64,000 nucleotides of DNA, taken from positions 3,004,676 through 3,068,675 of the forward strand of contig NC_068981.1 of NCBI RefSeq assembly GCF_001194135.2, given 5' to 3'. A program made the translations under genes and the position numbers. The notes below the pieces were generated by a model. It ran no database searches. It was not told the DNA's origin and saw nothing but the letters and a program-made list of their open reading frames with translations. Shown piece after piece: positions 63,429 to 64,000 of this stretch (within the stretch, counting starts at the first letter, position 1; the number at the start of each line of letters is the position of its first letter). The DNA is from Octopus bimaculoides (taxonomy: Eukaryota).

Positions 63429-64000
63429 CTGACAGAATGAAACAAAGAAAAATATTAAAATATAATAGAACCAGTTGCTTAAATTGTAAATGTATTTGCT
63501 TTATAGATATATAAATGATGTCTTGTTGACTAACTAAATCTCTTATTATCTAAAACCTAAAAATATAAATTCTTTGAAATTATTAAAAAGTCCAAGATAA
63601 AAGACCAGTGGTCTTGTCTTTTGCAAAACCTCCTACATTGATGAAGCCAATGGAATTTGATGCTCTTTTGAATTTCTGCATCTTGTTGTCGTTTCTGGTG
63701 TGTAGCTACAGATCAGCTCTGACTGGGATAAATTTGCAACACAGTAGTAGTTGGGAGAACAGGGTGTAACCCTCAGGTCAACTATTTCACATACACAAAT
63801 ACCTCTGCCTAATGAAGTTGACCACACTGTGTATCCCAGCAGGCACAGGTTTATTGTGTGGATGGGATGTCATGTTCCTTTCATTTATATAATACATATT
63901 TATTTTTTTTTTGTCTTGCAAGTACTTCGTGACCCTGTCAGTGCAAGTGCCACTTAAAAGCACCCAGTCCATCACCAGTGTTCTTTTATGTGGCACCAAC

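Overview
This is eukaryotic, AT-rich, repeat-dense animal DNA with six N-gaps. The SINE repertoire, microsatellite load and protein similarities point to an octopus; that assignment is an inference from remembered repeat families, not a database hit. Three protein-coding genes were reconstructed by hand, two of them invisible in the ORF track. (1) A complete 7-coding-exon mitochondrial BolA1 gene on the minus strand (ATG 38014 to TAA 19251; 393 nt, 130 aa). (2) An intact but intronless TECR (trans-2,3-enoyl-CoA reductase) on the plus strand (44260-45174, 304 aa), divergent from BolA1. (3) The last 8 coding exons (HECT domain, 349 aa plus stop) of UBE3B on the minus strand (63428 to 52430), convergent with TECR. 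The rest is mostly mobile DNA: at least four SINE-like families, decayed CR1, RTE and REL-endonuclease LINE fragments, a deleted hAT element with TIRs and TSD, pogo/Tigger-like and piggyBac-like MITEs, a Helitron-like element and a foldback repeat. The most unusual observations are a small repeated element joining a tRNA-like Pol III head to a Penelope-type hammerhead-ribozyme-like core, the intronless TECR with a substituted C-terminal motif, and two near-perfect hairpins between BolA1 and TECR. No prokaryotic-type system (CRISPR, operon) is present. All coordinates were counted by hand; no searches or folding programs were run.
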